Assembly (NCBI GenBank): GCA_951406725.2
Contig: OX597814.1
Span: forward strand, 14,632,001-14,696,000
DNA length: 64,000 nt
Source: Octopus vulgaris
Lineage: Eukaryota
Direction: 5' to 3'
Shown here one piece after another: positions 26,385 through 40,518 of the stretch (positions are counted from its first letter, which is position 1; every line of letters starts with the position of its first letter). A model generated the notes under the pieces. That model did not search any database. It was not told where the DNA came from and saw only the letters and a program-made list of their open reading frames with translations. The translations under genes and the position numbers were made by a program.

Positions 26385-27944
26385 ATTTTCTTTCCTTTTC
26401 CCCCTTTATTTTATTTGTTTACTTCTCTAATTTCTATTTTTTCCTTTCTCTCTCTTTCTTCCCCCTTTTCTCTATCACATGACTTTGTAAATGAACAATC
26501 TGGTGTGTTTGTTTTAATAGCCTACCAATGTATACAGTAAGTTTCTCTGTCCTAGATGTCAGAAAGACAGTCAGCGAGAAATGAAGACAGAATTGAAAAA
26601 AAATGCTAATGAAACTAATAATAAAATTTGTTCAAGCAAAACGCAACAAAAAAAACAACGACTCAGAATCTCTGAACAAGAAACACAAAGAGAAAGTCTA
26701 AATTTAGATGCAAAATACCAAGGCAAAATACCAGAGTGCACAATCAGTATAATTATACAACTGATCACATCATTTCCGGATATCCATTTCTTGCCCATTT
26801 CGAGTATATTCATTGTTATTCATAGTCAGCATCTATGAACATTTGGTAATATGCCGAATCTATGAGATGAAAATGGATAAGACCGTGGTATAAACATGAA
26901 ACAATTAGATTTTTTCTTAGAAGAAAAAACAATGCTCACGACCCTGTACAAGTCCTCCAACACCAGCGAAAGGGTAGGTAAAAGGTTTCCTCAAACCGGG
27001 AACTTTGACTGATGGTTGAAAAATTGGGGACTCCGTAACGACATCGGAAGTGCTGGGCTGTACTTCTAAATCAGGTGGCGGATTAACGTTACCACCAAAA
27101 TATGATGCATAACAGCGACTTGACCACAGTCTTCTGGGATATGCTTAGCCAACTGAACATTCATCAACCCAAAGTTTTCGTATGCAAATCAATGATGCAT
27201 GCTTAAACAAGCGGGAGAGTGGAAAAGGAAAAAGGATAAGTCAAGTATTACACCGACTTGTAGAATTAAATACTGCAATGCTGGAAAAAAAAGAAATTAA
27301 CAAAATCATGATGCACCCAATTATCACTGACTACTGCAACAAAGAATTTGAGCGTAAAACTTGGATAAGTTGGCCTTAATATCGTTGAGAGTACAGTGAC
27401 AAAAATCTGTTTACTGAGTTCAGCAAGAATTGTCTGCAAGTTTTGAAAACAGAGTAAGAACAGATATGAACAGCAGAAAAATGATTTATATAGAAGATAT
27501 GAAATGCTTCTAATTCTCGGCTACAAGTTGTTATTTGAAGTAGAGCATAACTGAAATGGGTACAACAAAGATATTCGGAGTTCAAATTTCGTTGAGGTCA
27601 ACTTTGTCTTCTATTTTTGCTTGTTTTCTCGGTATGAAATGAATTATTTTGTACATTTTCGGTTTTCTGTCTCTGACGTGACGTGAAATGTTCGCAGCGC
27701 GAGAGGAAAACATTAAATTTTAACAAAATGTAAAACCCAAGCCACTTTCTTTTTCCATTCCTTGTAAAAGGAAACTCCAAACTATTTGAAGCTATCGGTG
27801 TGCGAGTATTTTGGCTTAAAATTCTATTTCATCTAGTAAAGTACTCCCTTCCGAGAGAGACTTGCAAAAACACATCTTCTTCGTAAGCTGTGACTGAGTA
27901 ATGATGCTCGTGCTGGTGGTGCTGGTGGCGGCAGCGGCGGCAGT

Positions 27945-28023
<79 letters not shown>

Positions 28024-28901
28024 ATGGTTGCCGAAGATCATCGAGAAAATAATTGACGCATCATTCGGAACAGACGACAATATATTTCTAACTGAAGCTG
28101 TGTACGTAACTATTGAAATTCAAAGATCTAGAAATCGAGATAATCACGATCTGTATAGGTCGAAACGAAAAAGCAATATTCAAAATAATATATGTCATGG
28201 AAAATGAATAAAGGCGATGCAGAGTAATTTATAACAGTGACGTTGGGACTTAGACACCTGCACAGCATTCAGTAGATAACACTGTTTCTTTTTGCACGGC
28301 ATTCACAGCATGTAGTCCACACACACAATATATTAAGGGAAGATAAACAGAATAATAGGAAACTAAACAAAACATTGATCGTAACCTAGAAACAACGCGT
28401 AGCTCGCTTAGTTTTGCAGGTGAAGTACAAAATATGAAGGTTTAAAATATATTTTCATCATATGTGGTATAAAATTTTATACGTTATCACACTGTTTACT
28501 TGCTGTGAGATTCAACACTCACAGGATTTTTTTTTAGATATTTCTCGCTTTTTTTAAACCTCATTCAGGCGTTTAACAGAGAAGTTCTTATAATCGTCCT
28601 TATGATTAAACACGTTGTTTCGTGTATATTGCAAATACTTTCACTTTCGTTATGTTAAATCTCTCTCCTTTGTTTTTCTCTTTCCTTTTCCGGCTTTCTC
28701 TTTCTCTATTTATCTCTATCTCCCTCTCTCTCTATCCCTCCATCTCTCTCTTTCTTTATGTGCCTATATACATATATATATACGTGGTGTATGTGTGTGT
28801 GTATCTGTGTTTGTGTGCGTGCATTTATGGATGTATGCTTCTTTGTATGTTAGTATGTATGTGTATGTATATTGTATACGCATATACACACATATATATA
28901 T

Positions 28902-28967
<66 letters not shown>

Positions 28968-29195
28968 CATGTTTTTGTTTTTCATTGTGTTCAACGTTTT
29001 TTTTATGTCCTGTACCCATATATGCATGTATATATACATATAGATGTAGGTATGTACATATATGTATGTATATATGCATATATTTATAAATTAATTATAT
29101 ATATATATATATATGCGCATATAAGCACATATCTATGTGGTAGGAACGTACGTCTGACTATTTATCAAATTCGCTCATGCATTCATACAGACAGA

Positions 29196-29300
<105 letters not shown>

Positions 29301-29609
29301 TAAAGTAAAAATCAAAAAGCAAAAGGCTTGGAATCACTTGAAAAAGACATTTGATTTAAATAGAGAATATAAACATATATTCGCTATCTAAATTGAATCT
29401 CTTTCAAGTGATGCCAAAAGTTTTGCTTTTTCAATTTTACTTTAATCTATATCTACCTGATCAAGAAGTCACTACTAGCCGCATCCGATAGACAGTTTCA
29501 ACACCATACTTTCAGATAGAGTTCAAAACCAGAGTTTTAGTGCTAAACTAAACTGAGCACACATTCACGTACATACATATACATATGAAATATATATACA
29601 CATATTCTT

Positions 29610-29811
29610 ATTTTTTATTAGTTTCAGTCATTTGACTGCGGCCATCCTGGAGCACCGCCTTTAATCGCACAAGTTGACCCCAGGACTTATTCTTATTCTA
29701 TCGGATTCTTTTGCCGAACCGCTAAGTTACGGGGACGTAAACACACCAGCATCGGTTGTCAAGCGATGGTGGGGGGGACAAACACAGACACATAAACACA
29801 CACATACATAC

Positions 29812-29848
<37 letters not shown>

Positions 29849-30000
29849 ACGGGCTTCTTTCAGTTTCCGTCAACCAAATCCACTCACAAGGCTTTAGTCG
29901 GCCCGAGGCTATAGTAGAAGACACTTGCCCAAGGTGCCACACAGTGGGACTGAACTCGGAACGAAGTGGTTGGTAAGCAAGCTACTTACCACACAGCCAT
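29610..30000 (-). mobile_element. SINE family B
   Basis: Complete tail-to-head match to the other family B copies. Confidence 0.9.
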
Positions 30001-30008
30001 ATAATATA

Positions 30009-30570
30009 TGAGTCAAAAAGTAATGCTCGTTTGTTTAGGACAGGTATAATTACCAGCACAGGAACATGTGTCATACATCAAAATGAAGATGTTTCTCTGT
30101 AGATCACATCCCTGCTTCTCAACATAATCACCGTTTCTCTCAATAGCAATGTTCCACCTTCGAATGAGAGCATGTATCCCTGCCCAGTAAAATTCTGTCG
30201 ACTGTTCTTTGAGCCAATTCTTCCCTACAGTTTGCACTTCCTCGTCAGTGGAACAATTTAGCGCCTTCAGACTATCATCTCTTCGGCCCCATGAAAGTGG
30301 GTTTGAGGGACAAACATTATTCCAGTGACAAGGAAGTAAAAACTGTATTGAACATGTGGCTCAAAGAACGGTCAATAGAATTTTACGGGGCAGGGATACA
30401 TGCTCTCATTCGAAGGTGGAACAGCTATTTTGAGAAACGGTGACCATGTTGAGAAGTAAGGATGTGATCCACAGAGGACCAGCTTCATTCTGGTGTATGA
30501 TACATGTTCCTGTGTTGGTAACTATACCTGTACTAAATAAAAAGACATTACTTTTTGACTCACCTTCGTA
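30009..30570. mobile_element. Foldback MITE made of two inverted mariner 3' ends
   Basis: Arms at about 30009-30268 and 30300-30570 are reverse complements. Both encode a mariner C-terminus (DYHLFGPMK...WLKE..EFY.AGIHALIRRW...GDYVEK) and end in the TIR gagtcaaaaagtaatg. Confidence 0.85.
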
Positions 30571-31136
30571 TATATAAAGTAAAAGAAGGAAAATGCACAC
30601 AGTTTACATAGTTTTAATATAATTTTTGATATACTTTGCAAGTGAAAGAGTATTGTGTTCTTCGAGCTAACATTTGGTTTCGTGGTTCTTGTGTAAACCA
30701 TCGCATTTGTCAGAAGTCGTTTCGGTGATTTGTGTTGCTTTTTACATTTGATGGTTAATGTGTTTTCAGAAATGTTGTTCATTTTTGGACACTATTGTGC
30801 AAATCCTTTTTGCTAAATTAAAAGGGATATTTCTTTGATGTATCGAGTGGCATAAGCTAAAAAACATATTGTTTCGATCCCGTTGATTTATGACAAATGT
30901 CAGTTACACTTTGGTTGTTGACTTTTGAGTATCATAATATCTAAGAAAGGGAGCTGTTCTTTGCTAGATTCCATTGTAAATTGAATGTTAGGGTTTTACG
31001 TTTTGCGTTTTTTAAGATTGAATGAAATTTAATAGTATTTTAGAATGTCTAATGGAATTAAAAATTATTTTTATGCATTTGTGTACATTTAAATTAATTA
31101 AATATTATTTTACAGAATAATAGAATTAAAATTTCT

Positions 31137-31352
31137 TTGATTAAAACCTTTTCTAATATGGAAGTATCCAAAGAGCATTTAAGGCACACAATGCTTTATG
31201 AGTACAAAAATGGAAACTCTACAGCTGAAGCGACTCGAAACATACACTCAGTTTATGGGAAAGAATGCTTGAACAAAAGAACTTGCAGAAGATGCTTGGC
31301 AAAATTCAGAAGTAGAGATTTGAGCCTTGAAGTAGCTTCTACGCTGAAGTGA
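31137..31352 (+). mobile_element. Mariner 5' fragment (N-terminal HTH)
   Basis: MEVSKEHLRHTMLYEYKNGNSTAEATRNIHSVYG...TCRRCLAKFRSRDLSLE, Mos1/Hsmar-type HTH. Confidence 0.8.
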
Positions 31353-31455
31353 AGGCAGCATGTTCTTTCTTTGTCTATCTCCTTAACTTCTTGAAAATTC
31401 TAAGTAAAATTATATTAATGTGTCCATCTGTTTTAATTTAATTAAATTCTATGTC

Positions 31456-31528
<73 letters not shown>

Positions 31529-31675
31529 CAGTAAAAGCAATTAAGATTCAAGTGAGTTCTATTGAATTCACTTGAATGCGGTACTTAACTTAGATGCACC
31601 AGAAAACTATATGGTGTTAACCATACAATAATGTGGGGTGATTATAAACAAGAAAAAAGCAAACGGAATGGATTA

Positions 31676-31769
31676 GTTTTTCAGTACAATTGTTTCATAC
31701 GAAGACCAGCTTTATTAAAAGCTGCAAATATTGCAGCAAATACAAGTGTCCCGTACTCATCAGCCGAAA

Positions 31770-31772
<3 letters not shown>
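31676..31772 (-). ncRNA. Type I hammerhead ribozyme with 9-bp stem I and expanded stem II
   Basis: GUUUUUCGG-CUGAUGA-GUACGGGAC...GUCUUCGUAU-GAAAC-AAUU-GUA-CUGAAAAAC; full core, palindromic stem III ACAAUUGU. Confidence 0.8.
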
Positions 31773-31830
<58 letters not shown>

Positions 31831-31846
31831 CAGCCGAAACACACAC

Positions 31847-31911
<65 letters not shown>

Positions 31912-31957
31912 TGTATGTATGTATGTATGCATCTATGTATGTATGTATGTATATATG

Positions 31958-32066
<109 letters not shown>

Positions 32067-32530
32067 GATACAGATATTCGCCGTATAGATTACACTTCGT
32101 AGTGTTCAAAAGGTTTAAACTTGAGCAGGTAGAAGAGTAAATATAAAGATATTAGACAAGTCGATAAACAAAACATATTAAGTACATTTAATACAAAGAA
32201 TATACATATGTTTACATATAAAAAGGTCCGACTTACACAGAAAAGAAATGATATCAGGAATTAAAGGAGTTGCAGAAGAATTTTACGAGTCCAACAGGCT
32301 GTTTCTTCGAGCTTGGTGGTCCAAAATAATGATTGTAAATTGATTCTATCATCGGATAATACCGGTGTCCGTCTTCATGGAAGAAGTTTTACATTTGAGG
32401 TGTTGACAGAAATGAGATCTTTCTGTGAGACCTATTTTTTTTCAACCTTTTTTTTTTCTTATTTTCTCACTATCTAGCGTCCTTGTTTTTAAAATATATA
32501 AAACGCATAAGCAAAACCTGAAAGATTACG

Positions 32531-32936
32531 CTTTTACTCTTTTACTTGTTTCAGTCATTTGACTGCGGCCAAGTTGGAGCACCACCTTTAATCGAGCAAC
32601 TCGACCCCGGGACTTATTCTTTGTAAGCCCAGTACTTATTCTATCGGTCTCTTTTGCTGAACCGCTAAGTGACGGGGACATAAACACACCAGCATCGGTT
32701 GTCAAGCAAAGCTAGGGGACAAACACAGACACACAAACACACACGCATATATATATGTATATATATATACATATATACGACGGGCTTCTTTCAGTTTCCG
32801 TCTACCGAATCCACTCACAAGGCTTTGTCCGCCCCGAGGCTATAGTAGAAGACACTTGCCCAAGGTGCCACGCAGTGGAACTGAACCCAGAACCATGTGG
32901 TTGGTAAGCAAGCTACTTACCACACAGCCACTCCTG
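32531..32936 (-). mobile_element. SINE family B
   Basis: Full-length match to the family. Confidence 0.9.
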
Positions 32937-33108
32937 AACCTATTGCTTTAAGATATACAGTGTATTTTATAAATATGCCTGCGTAAGTATCACAAAAGCA
33001 TGAAACTATTAGAAGCTCTTTCGGTTGTTTTAAATTTATATTACCTTTCACCAGATGGAGTACTTTGTTGATCATACATCTATTAGATCTATAATCTGTG
33101 TGTGTGTG

Positions 33109-33190
<82 letters not shown>

Positions 33191-33309
33191 TGTGTGTAGA
33201 AAGAAGGGTGTATTTCCACGCAGGAAAGAATATAGGAGAATTAGTTTTTGAAAATGCACCTGAATTTGAAAGACTTGTAATTGTTTTTAAATGAATATAT
33301 TTACATACT

Positions 33310-33446
33310 GGCGCAGGAGTGGTTGTGTACTAAGTAGCTTGCTTACCAACGACACGGTTCCGGGTTCAGTCTTCTGCTATAGCCTCAGGCCGGGCAAAGC
33401 CTTGTGAGTGGATTTGGTAGACAGAAACTGAAAGAAGCTCGTCGTA

Positions 33447-33539
<93 letters not shown>

Positions 33540-33690
33540 ATGTATATATGTTTGTGTCTGTGTATGTCCCCCAACATCGCAGTACTGGGCTTACAAAGAA
33601 TAAGTCCTGGGGTTAATTTGTTCGGCTAAAGGGGATTCTCCAGCATGACCGCAGTCAAATGACTGAATTAAGTAAAAGTGTAAAAGAGTA
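33310..33690 (+). mobile_element. SINE family B (internally deleted)
   Basis: Head ggcgcaggagtggttgtg, tail gcagtcaaatgactga...taaaagag. Confidence 0.85.
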
Positions 33691-34084
33691 TACATACCAA
33701 ACTTGTACGCAACGGAAAAAAGAATCATACGCAAGATGTCAGAAACTGTAAAAGTAACACCCCGTTTATATTCTCTTCTTTGCTTGTTTCTCTCTCAATT
33801 CAGTATGACCGAACTTTTAATTATTCAATTTCTTTTTTTTTTTTATTTTTGCCGGTCGTTTTTGATATTTATCCAACCCTGTCATTGAATTTTGTGAACA
33901 TATGATCATTTAAACATGTTTTCTACTTCGCAATTTAAATTTTTTTGAAATCTCATTGCTTTATATACGCTTTTACCATTGATAAACATAAAATTTTTGA
34001 CACTAGTTTGGTATGTATGTATGTAAATAAATTTATTTAAAAACAATAAAAAAGTCTTTCAAATTCAGGTGCATTTTAGGACGC

Positions 34085-34288
34085 TATGATAGATCGTTAG
34101 CGCCTACACGCATTTTTTTCTCTCCTTGTTTCCCTCCTTGTTTTTTTCTGTGTATCTCTCTGTCGAAGAGCGTAGGCTCGAAACGTAAAAGACTTTTTCT
34201 ATTTCTATTCCTGAGCGCTATACTAATACATTTGTTTGTTTGTACTCCACCTGTCTTCGTCTTTTGTTTATTTTCGTAAACTTTCCCG

Positions 34289-34290
<2 letters not shown>
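34085..34290 (+). mobile_element. Penelope-like 3' terminus with hammerhead-like motif (34155-34193)
   Basis: UCUCU-CUGUCGA-A-GAGC-GUAG-GCUC-GAAAC-GUA-AAAGA; homologous to 42170-42345; followed by (TA)n. Confidence 0.7.
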
Positions 34291-34377
<87 letters not shown>

Positions 34378-34382
<5 letters not shown>

Positions 34383-34496
34383 TTAAGCAGCAGAAAATTC
34401 AACAAAATCTGTTACTCTGAGTTTCTCGTTGCCGATGAACGGCAACGAGAAACTCAGAGTAACAGATTTTGTTGAATTTTCTGCTGCTTAAAATAA
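34378..34496. repeat. Perfect 57-bp inverted repeat with 5-nt loop (Penelope-like foldback)
   Basis: 34378-34434 is the exact reverse complement of 34440-34496; loop ATGAA; AATAAA overlaps the right end. Confidence 0.95.
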
Positions 34497-34571
34497 AGCA
34501 TATTACTCTACCACTGGTATTTGAGTATTCTTTTTTTCACCTTGTTTCACATTTATGTGTTTACTCCGGTC

Positions 34572-34660
<89 letters not shown>

Positions 34661-34698
34661 ATATATACTTATGATTCTTGTTTTCTTTCTCATTCCAG

Positions 34699-35713
34699 CT
34701 ACAAGAGCAGAAGCATATTACTCTACGTCCATTTTTTGTTGAGTCCGTCCATCACCATTTTCATAATTGCAAGCACCATGATGATTGTTTACATGGCGGC
34801 GGAGCGGTATTTGGCAGTCTGCCACCCTTTCAAGGCACGACGCATTATATCGCTGCGGCGGACGCGAATTATCATTACAATGGTATTTGTCTGTTGCGCC
34901 TTGGCAACCACTCCTTTATTCATGGAGCGTAGGATCGAGGTGGAGGATTATGAGGGACAAGAGTTTTATAAAGTCAATAAGCACTTCGATGAAGGAGTTA
35001 TTGTCATACGCCGACTTTGCTGGTCTGTCCTATTTGATCTAGTGCCGTGTGGCCTGCTAATCTATTTTAACACTTGTTTGATTTACAGTATAAAGAAAGC
35101 GAAGAAATTGCGAATGAATATGGCACCTTTGAATGATGAACGACGCGGCACTATAAATCGCAATTCATCATATTCCAGCCATCGTCACAAGCCAAAGTCA
35201 CATAGTGGATGTACATCAACAGTTGGCGGTATTGGTAACGCCTCAACGACTGAACTGTCACTGCGCCCTGAAAACAACTCTATTTTTCGTGATGATAAAC
35301 TAATACGAGGAGCAGAAATCGAAGTTCATCTTAGAACCGAAGGCCGTTCAATGCGTTCTCAGTCAGTAACACATCGGCGACGCCATACAGACACAGCCTT
35401 AAACAGCGTTACTGCCACCCTTGTCTCCATTGTAGTCATGTTTCTTGTACTAGTTTCTCCATCTGAGATACTTAAATTCTCCTTCCATTTAGCCAGTGTC
35501 GACAGTGTCCTATCCGATGTTATACGGGACATTACAAATTTCATGCAAGCCTTGAACTTCTCGGCTAATTTCATACTATATTGCGTTATGAACAAATATT
35601 TCCGTGAAACATTAGCGGCTATGTTTTGCTTTTACACAAACGGTCATGCATCACTTAGTAAGAAATCTGAATATCCAACGATCTCTTTAAGGGGATCACC
35701 ATCATCATCCTAA
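34699..35713 (+). CDS. Same GPCR, coding exon 2 (TM3-TM7, C-tail); spliced protein 435 aa
   Basis: Acceptor ttttctttctcattccAG (34697-34698). TG+C gives TGC, joining in frame as LVPRYKCYKSRSILLY. Motifs: TM3 AAERYLAVCHP, TM5 FDLVPCGLLIYFN, long Ser/Arg-rich ICL3, TM6 FLVLVSP, TM7 LNFSANFILY (NFxLY typical of FMRFamide-R-like receptors). Stop TAA at 35711-35713. Confidence 0.92.
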
Positions 35714-35898
35714 TAATAATAATAATAATAATACAATCAATATTAAAGAAGTCGACGAATGAGAACTCGCAACCATTGTCTATATATTCATTGAATACGT
35801 GAATAGGTACTCATGGATTCCACGCACAAACTTATACCCACACATACCCACACACGCATACACAAAAACATCTATCTGTGAATACATATATGTATCAT

Positions 35899-35968
<70 letters not shown>

Positions 35969-36129
35969 GTATGTATGTATGTATATATATATCATACTTA
36001 AACATTTGTATATACACATATACATGCATAAATACATATATATATATATATATATGCATGTGTGTGTACATATATATAAACATATATAGATATATGTATA
36101 TATATATATATATATGTATATATACACAT

Positions 36130-36200
<71 letters not shown>

Positions 36201-36705
36201 ACAACGCGGGAGAGGGAAGATACCTCAGGGATGCCCTCAGCATATTAAATAAAATATGGTACGGTTTCGCATATACAATACATTGAGTGGAAAACAAGAT
36301 TTTTGAATAACTGAAGTTGCAGAGTTATTCCACTTTAACAAAAAGACACTGTCTCTAAGGGTTTGGAAAGACCGAAAACTCGCAAGCATAAGTGATAGCT
36401 CCATAAAAATCTATCAACTGAAGAATTTGGAAATTGTGTAGTTTTGGAGGGAACCAAATCAATTCCCGCCTCAAAAGTCTATATTTTCCAAATGTTACAG
36501 CTGGCAGGCTTTAGTGGAGTTAGCTGGCTTGTTTGATCTTTCAAAACAAAGTCAAATACGCCTAAAGAGATATATTTGTCTTCAAATTACACGGGCAATC
36601 TTAGTTAACGGTAAAACAATTCACAATATTATATATGTGAGACAATACCATATCTATGTATGCACACGTGTGTATATCTGTGTATCCATGTGTATACGTA
36701 AATGC

Positions 36706-36783
<78 letters not shown>

Positions 36784-36881
36784 GCATATATATATATATA
36801 TATGCATACATATATACGCACATTTATATAAACACACATATATGTATATATATGTATATAAATATATGTTATATATATACA

Positions 36882-36955
<74 letters not shown>

Positions 36956-37718
36956 GCCAAGAACAACATTGTAAGACAGAGACAAACACTGATGACAACA
37001 GATAAAATTATAGGTGTATTAATATGCATACTATAAACCTGAATATATTTTCTAATTCTTGAATGAAAAAAACAATCAAAATTTTAAAAAATATGAAAAT
37101 TTGAAAAAAACACCCGTTGACAGAATTTGAAGCAAAAGATATTTATTTATATCATAAAAATGCTGTTATAGAATCTACTCATATACCGAACTCTTTTAAA
37201 TAATTGACAGCAAGCATTAACTATGAACGAATTTATGATGACTAAATTAATATTGATGCATCTTTTAAGAAGCTTTTTTGTTTGTATACTATTATTGTTA
37301 TTGAATATGCCTGTAGATAGGGGGCCAAATTTATGTTCCAGGCATATTTTTTTCAAATGGATTTTTGGTGCTTACTCAAATTTTGTTAATGTGAAATGTT
37401 GATATATGTGTATTTTAAAAAGAAACAGAAAAAAAATAGAATTAAGGATGAAATTATCACAATAAACACATATATGTGTATGTGTATATATATATGTATA
37501 ATTATATATATGCATATGTATATATATATAATTGGTTTAATGTATATGCTATCAATTTACAATCGATTCACTGTTCTGTTCTGTACTTATTTCGTATATG
37601 CACACAAGCACAAAATCTTTAATATATACATGTATATAGACTTATACACATACATATATAAACATACATACATAATGTACTTATATATAGATATACATAT
37701 ACATACACACACGTATAA

Positions 37719-37775
<57 letters not shown>

Positions 37776-37779
37776 CATA

Positions 37780-37861
37780 GATACGTTAAAACTTAGTACG
37801 CATGTACAGTAGAATTCAAGGTTAATTTGTGCCAAGCGACTTCCCTCTCTTTGCTTTAGCT

Positions 37862-37918
<57 letters not shown>

Positions 37919-37932
37919 TACTACTACTACTA

Positions 37933-37979
<47 letters not shown>

Positions 37980-38058
37980 TACGTTAAAACTTAGTACGCA
38001 TGTACAGTAGAGTTCAAGGTTAATTTGTGCCAAGCGACTTCCTCTCTTTGCTTTAGCT

Positions 38059-38123
<65 letters not shown>

Positions 38124-38130
38124 TACTACT
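37780..38130. repeat. Direct duplication of an ~85-bp unique segment plus (TA)n/(CTA)n
   Basis: gatacgttaaaacttagtacgcatgtacagtagaRttcaaggttaatttgtgccaagcgacttcc occurs at about 37780 and 37978. Confidence 0.85.
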
Positions 38131-38137
38131 ACAACTA

Positions 38138-38195
<58 letters not shown>

Positions 38196-38281
38196 TACCA
38201 CTACTACTAATATAGTCTAAAAAAAATTTCAGGAAAAAATTTCATCAAAAGTGGCAGAATTAAAGGTTGTTTATAATTGTT

Positions 38282-38417
<136 letters not shown>

Positions 38418-38701
38418 TAGATACATACATACATACATATATATATATATAGAGAGAGAGGAGAGAGATATATACATACATATATATATAGGGTAACCCA
38501 AATGCCAAACAGCAAATAAGTTCAATACGATCCGGAATTGTCAAACCCATGCTTTCATTTTTATTTAAATTCAATAAAATAAATAAATAATGTTGAATAT
38601 ACACACGTATCTTCACATACTGAAGAAAATTAATAATAATGCTAATAATAATAATGATTAATAATAATGATAATAATAACAATAATAATAGTAATAATAA
38701 C

Positions 38702-38744
<43 letters not shown>

Positions 38745-38780
38745 TATGTGGCTAGTTAGCCACGTATGTTATTATTATTA

Positions 38781-38868
<88 letters not shown>

Positions 38869-38903
38869 CATTATTATTATTATTATTATTATCATTATTA
38901 TTA

Positions 38904-39360
38904 TTGAGTGAGAGAGCAGTGCATGCCATCAAAGTGACACTGGGGTAAAATATACGAGGCCCAGTATACCCATCATGACTACCCGTCTGATAAGGGTACA
39001 CCAGGCACATGCATCCCAACAATATGCGTGCGACATGTTGATCTCATATCAAGATAAACAGCACATGACCTTACAGATGGAGCCCAGTTAGAATTTTCTT
39101 CTGGTCGAGTAGCCCATTCCGCTCAAAAGGTCCCTGAATAAAGGTTGTTTGAACGAAACACTCATGTTTCCAGAGGTGAATTATTCAACCCCTAAAGAAT
39201 CCCCCTCAACACATAGCAGTGATGCTCTCCCACTACTTCTGCTCATGATCAGAGATGCACATACCGTCAGCTACTAAGGGACATGTTCAACTGGTTACGG
39301 TCAAACAATTGACAAGCAAATCTGTGGTATTGAGCAGAATATTTGTTGTAGCCCAACTTT
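38904..39360. mobile_element. Non-autonomous repeat (family E) embedded in (TAA)n
   Basis: A diverged inverted second copy lies at about 40085-40518; both abut TAA repeats. Confidence 0.75.
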
Positions 39361-39384
39361 TATAATAATAATAATAGTAATAAT

Positions 39385-39964
<580 letters not shown>

Positions 39965-40084
39965 GTAGTAATAATAATAACAATGATAATAATAAATGCC
40001 TTGATGCAATACCGGGCACTGGCTCTCGTGGCTTCTGATTTTAACTGATTGAAAGTGTTATCATCCACATATTTTGATTTAGCA

Positions 40085-40518
40085 TAAAAAGATACAGCAA
40101 ATATTCTGCTCGGTACCACAGATTTGCTTGACCTTAACCAGTTGAACAGGCCCCTTAGTGGCTGACGATATGTGTATCACTGATCATGATCAAAAGTAGT
40201 GGGGGAGTATCATAGTCATGTTTCCTTTGTGGATTGAATAATATACCTTTGGAAACATGGCTGTTTCGTTCACCAACCGTACACGGCCCTTATTTAGGGA
40301 CCTTTTTGAGCAGGATGGACTACTTGACCAGAAGAAAATTCTAACTGGGCCCCCACCTGCAAGGTCATGCACTGTTTATCAGGATATGAGATCACCATTT
40401 CGCGCACATATGGTTGTGATGCATGTGCCTGGTGTACCCTTATCAGACAGGTAATCCTGATGAGTATACAGGGCCTCGTATATTTATACCCAAGTGTCAT
40501 TTCATGGCATGCACTCAA
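40085..40518. mobile_element. Family E repeat, opposite orientation to 38904-39360
   Basis: gatgcatgtgcctggtgtacccttatcagac and neighbouring blocks are reverse complements of the first copy. Confidence 0.75.

Noticed and set aside
26571-27780. Several 60-85 aa ORFs
   Set aside because: No motifs or splice support; expected by chance.
34469-34698. N-terminal 77 aa of the 414-aa ORF
   Set aside because: Intronic read-through of the hairpin and (TA)/(TG) repeats; the real exon begins at 34699.
36255-36410. Minus-strand GCGAAACCGUACCAUA half-motif
   Set aside because: No CUGANGA-like core next to the possible stem I partner.
37780-38200. Duplicated segment as a functional repeat
   Set aside because: Bounded by long (TA)n; slippage or an assembly artefact is more likely.
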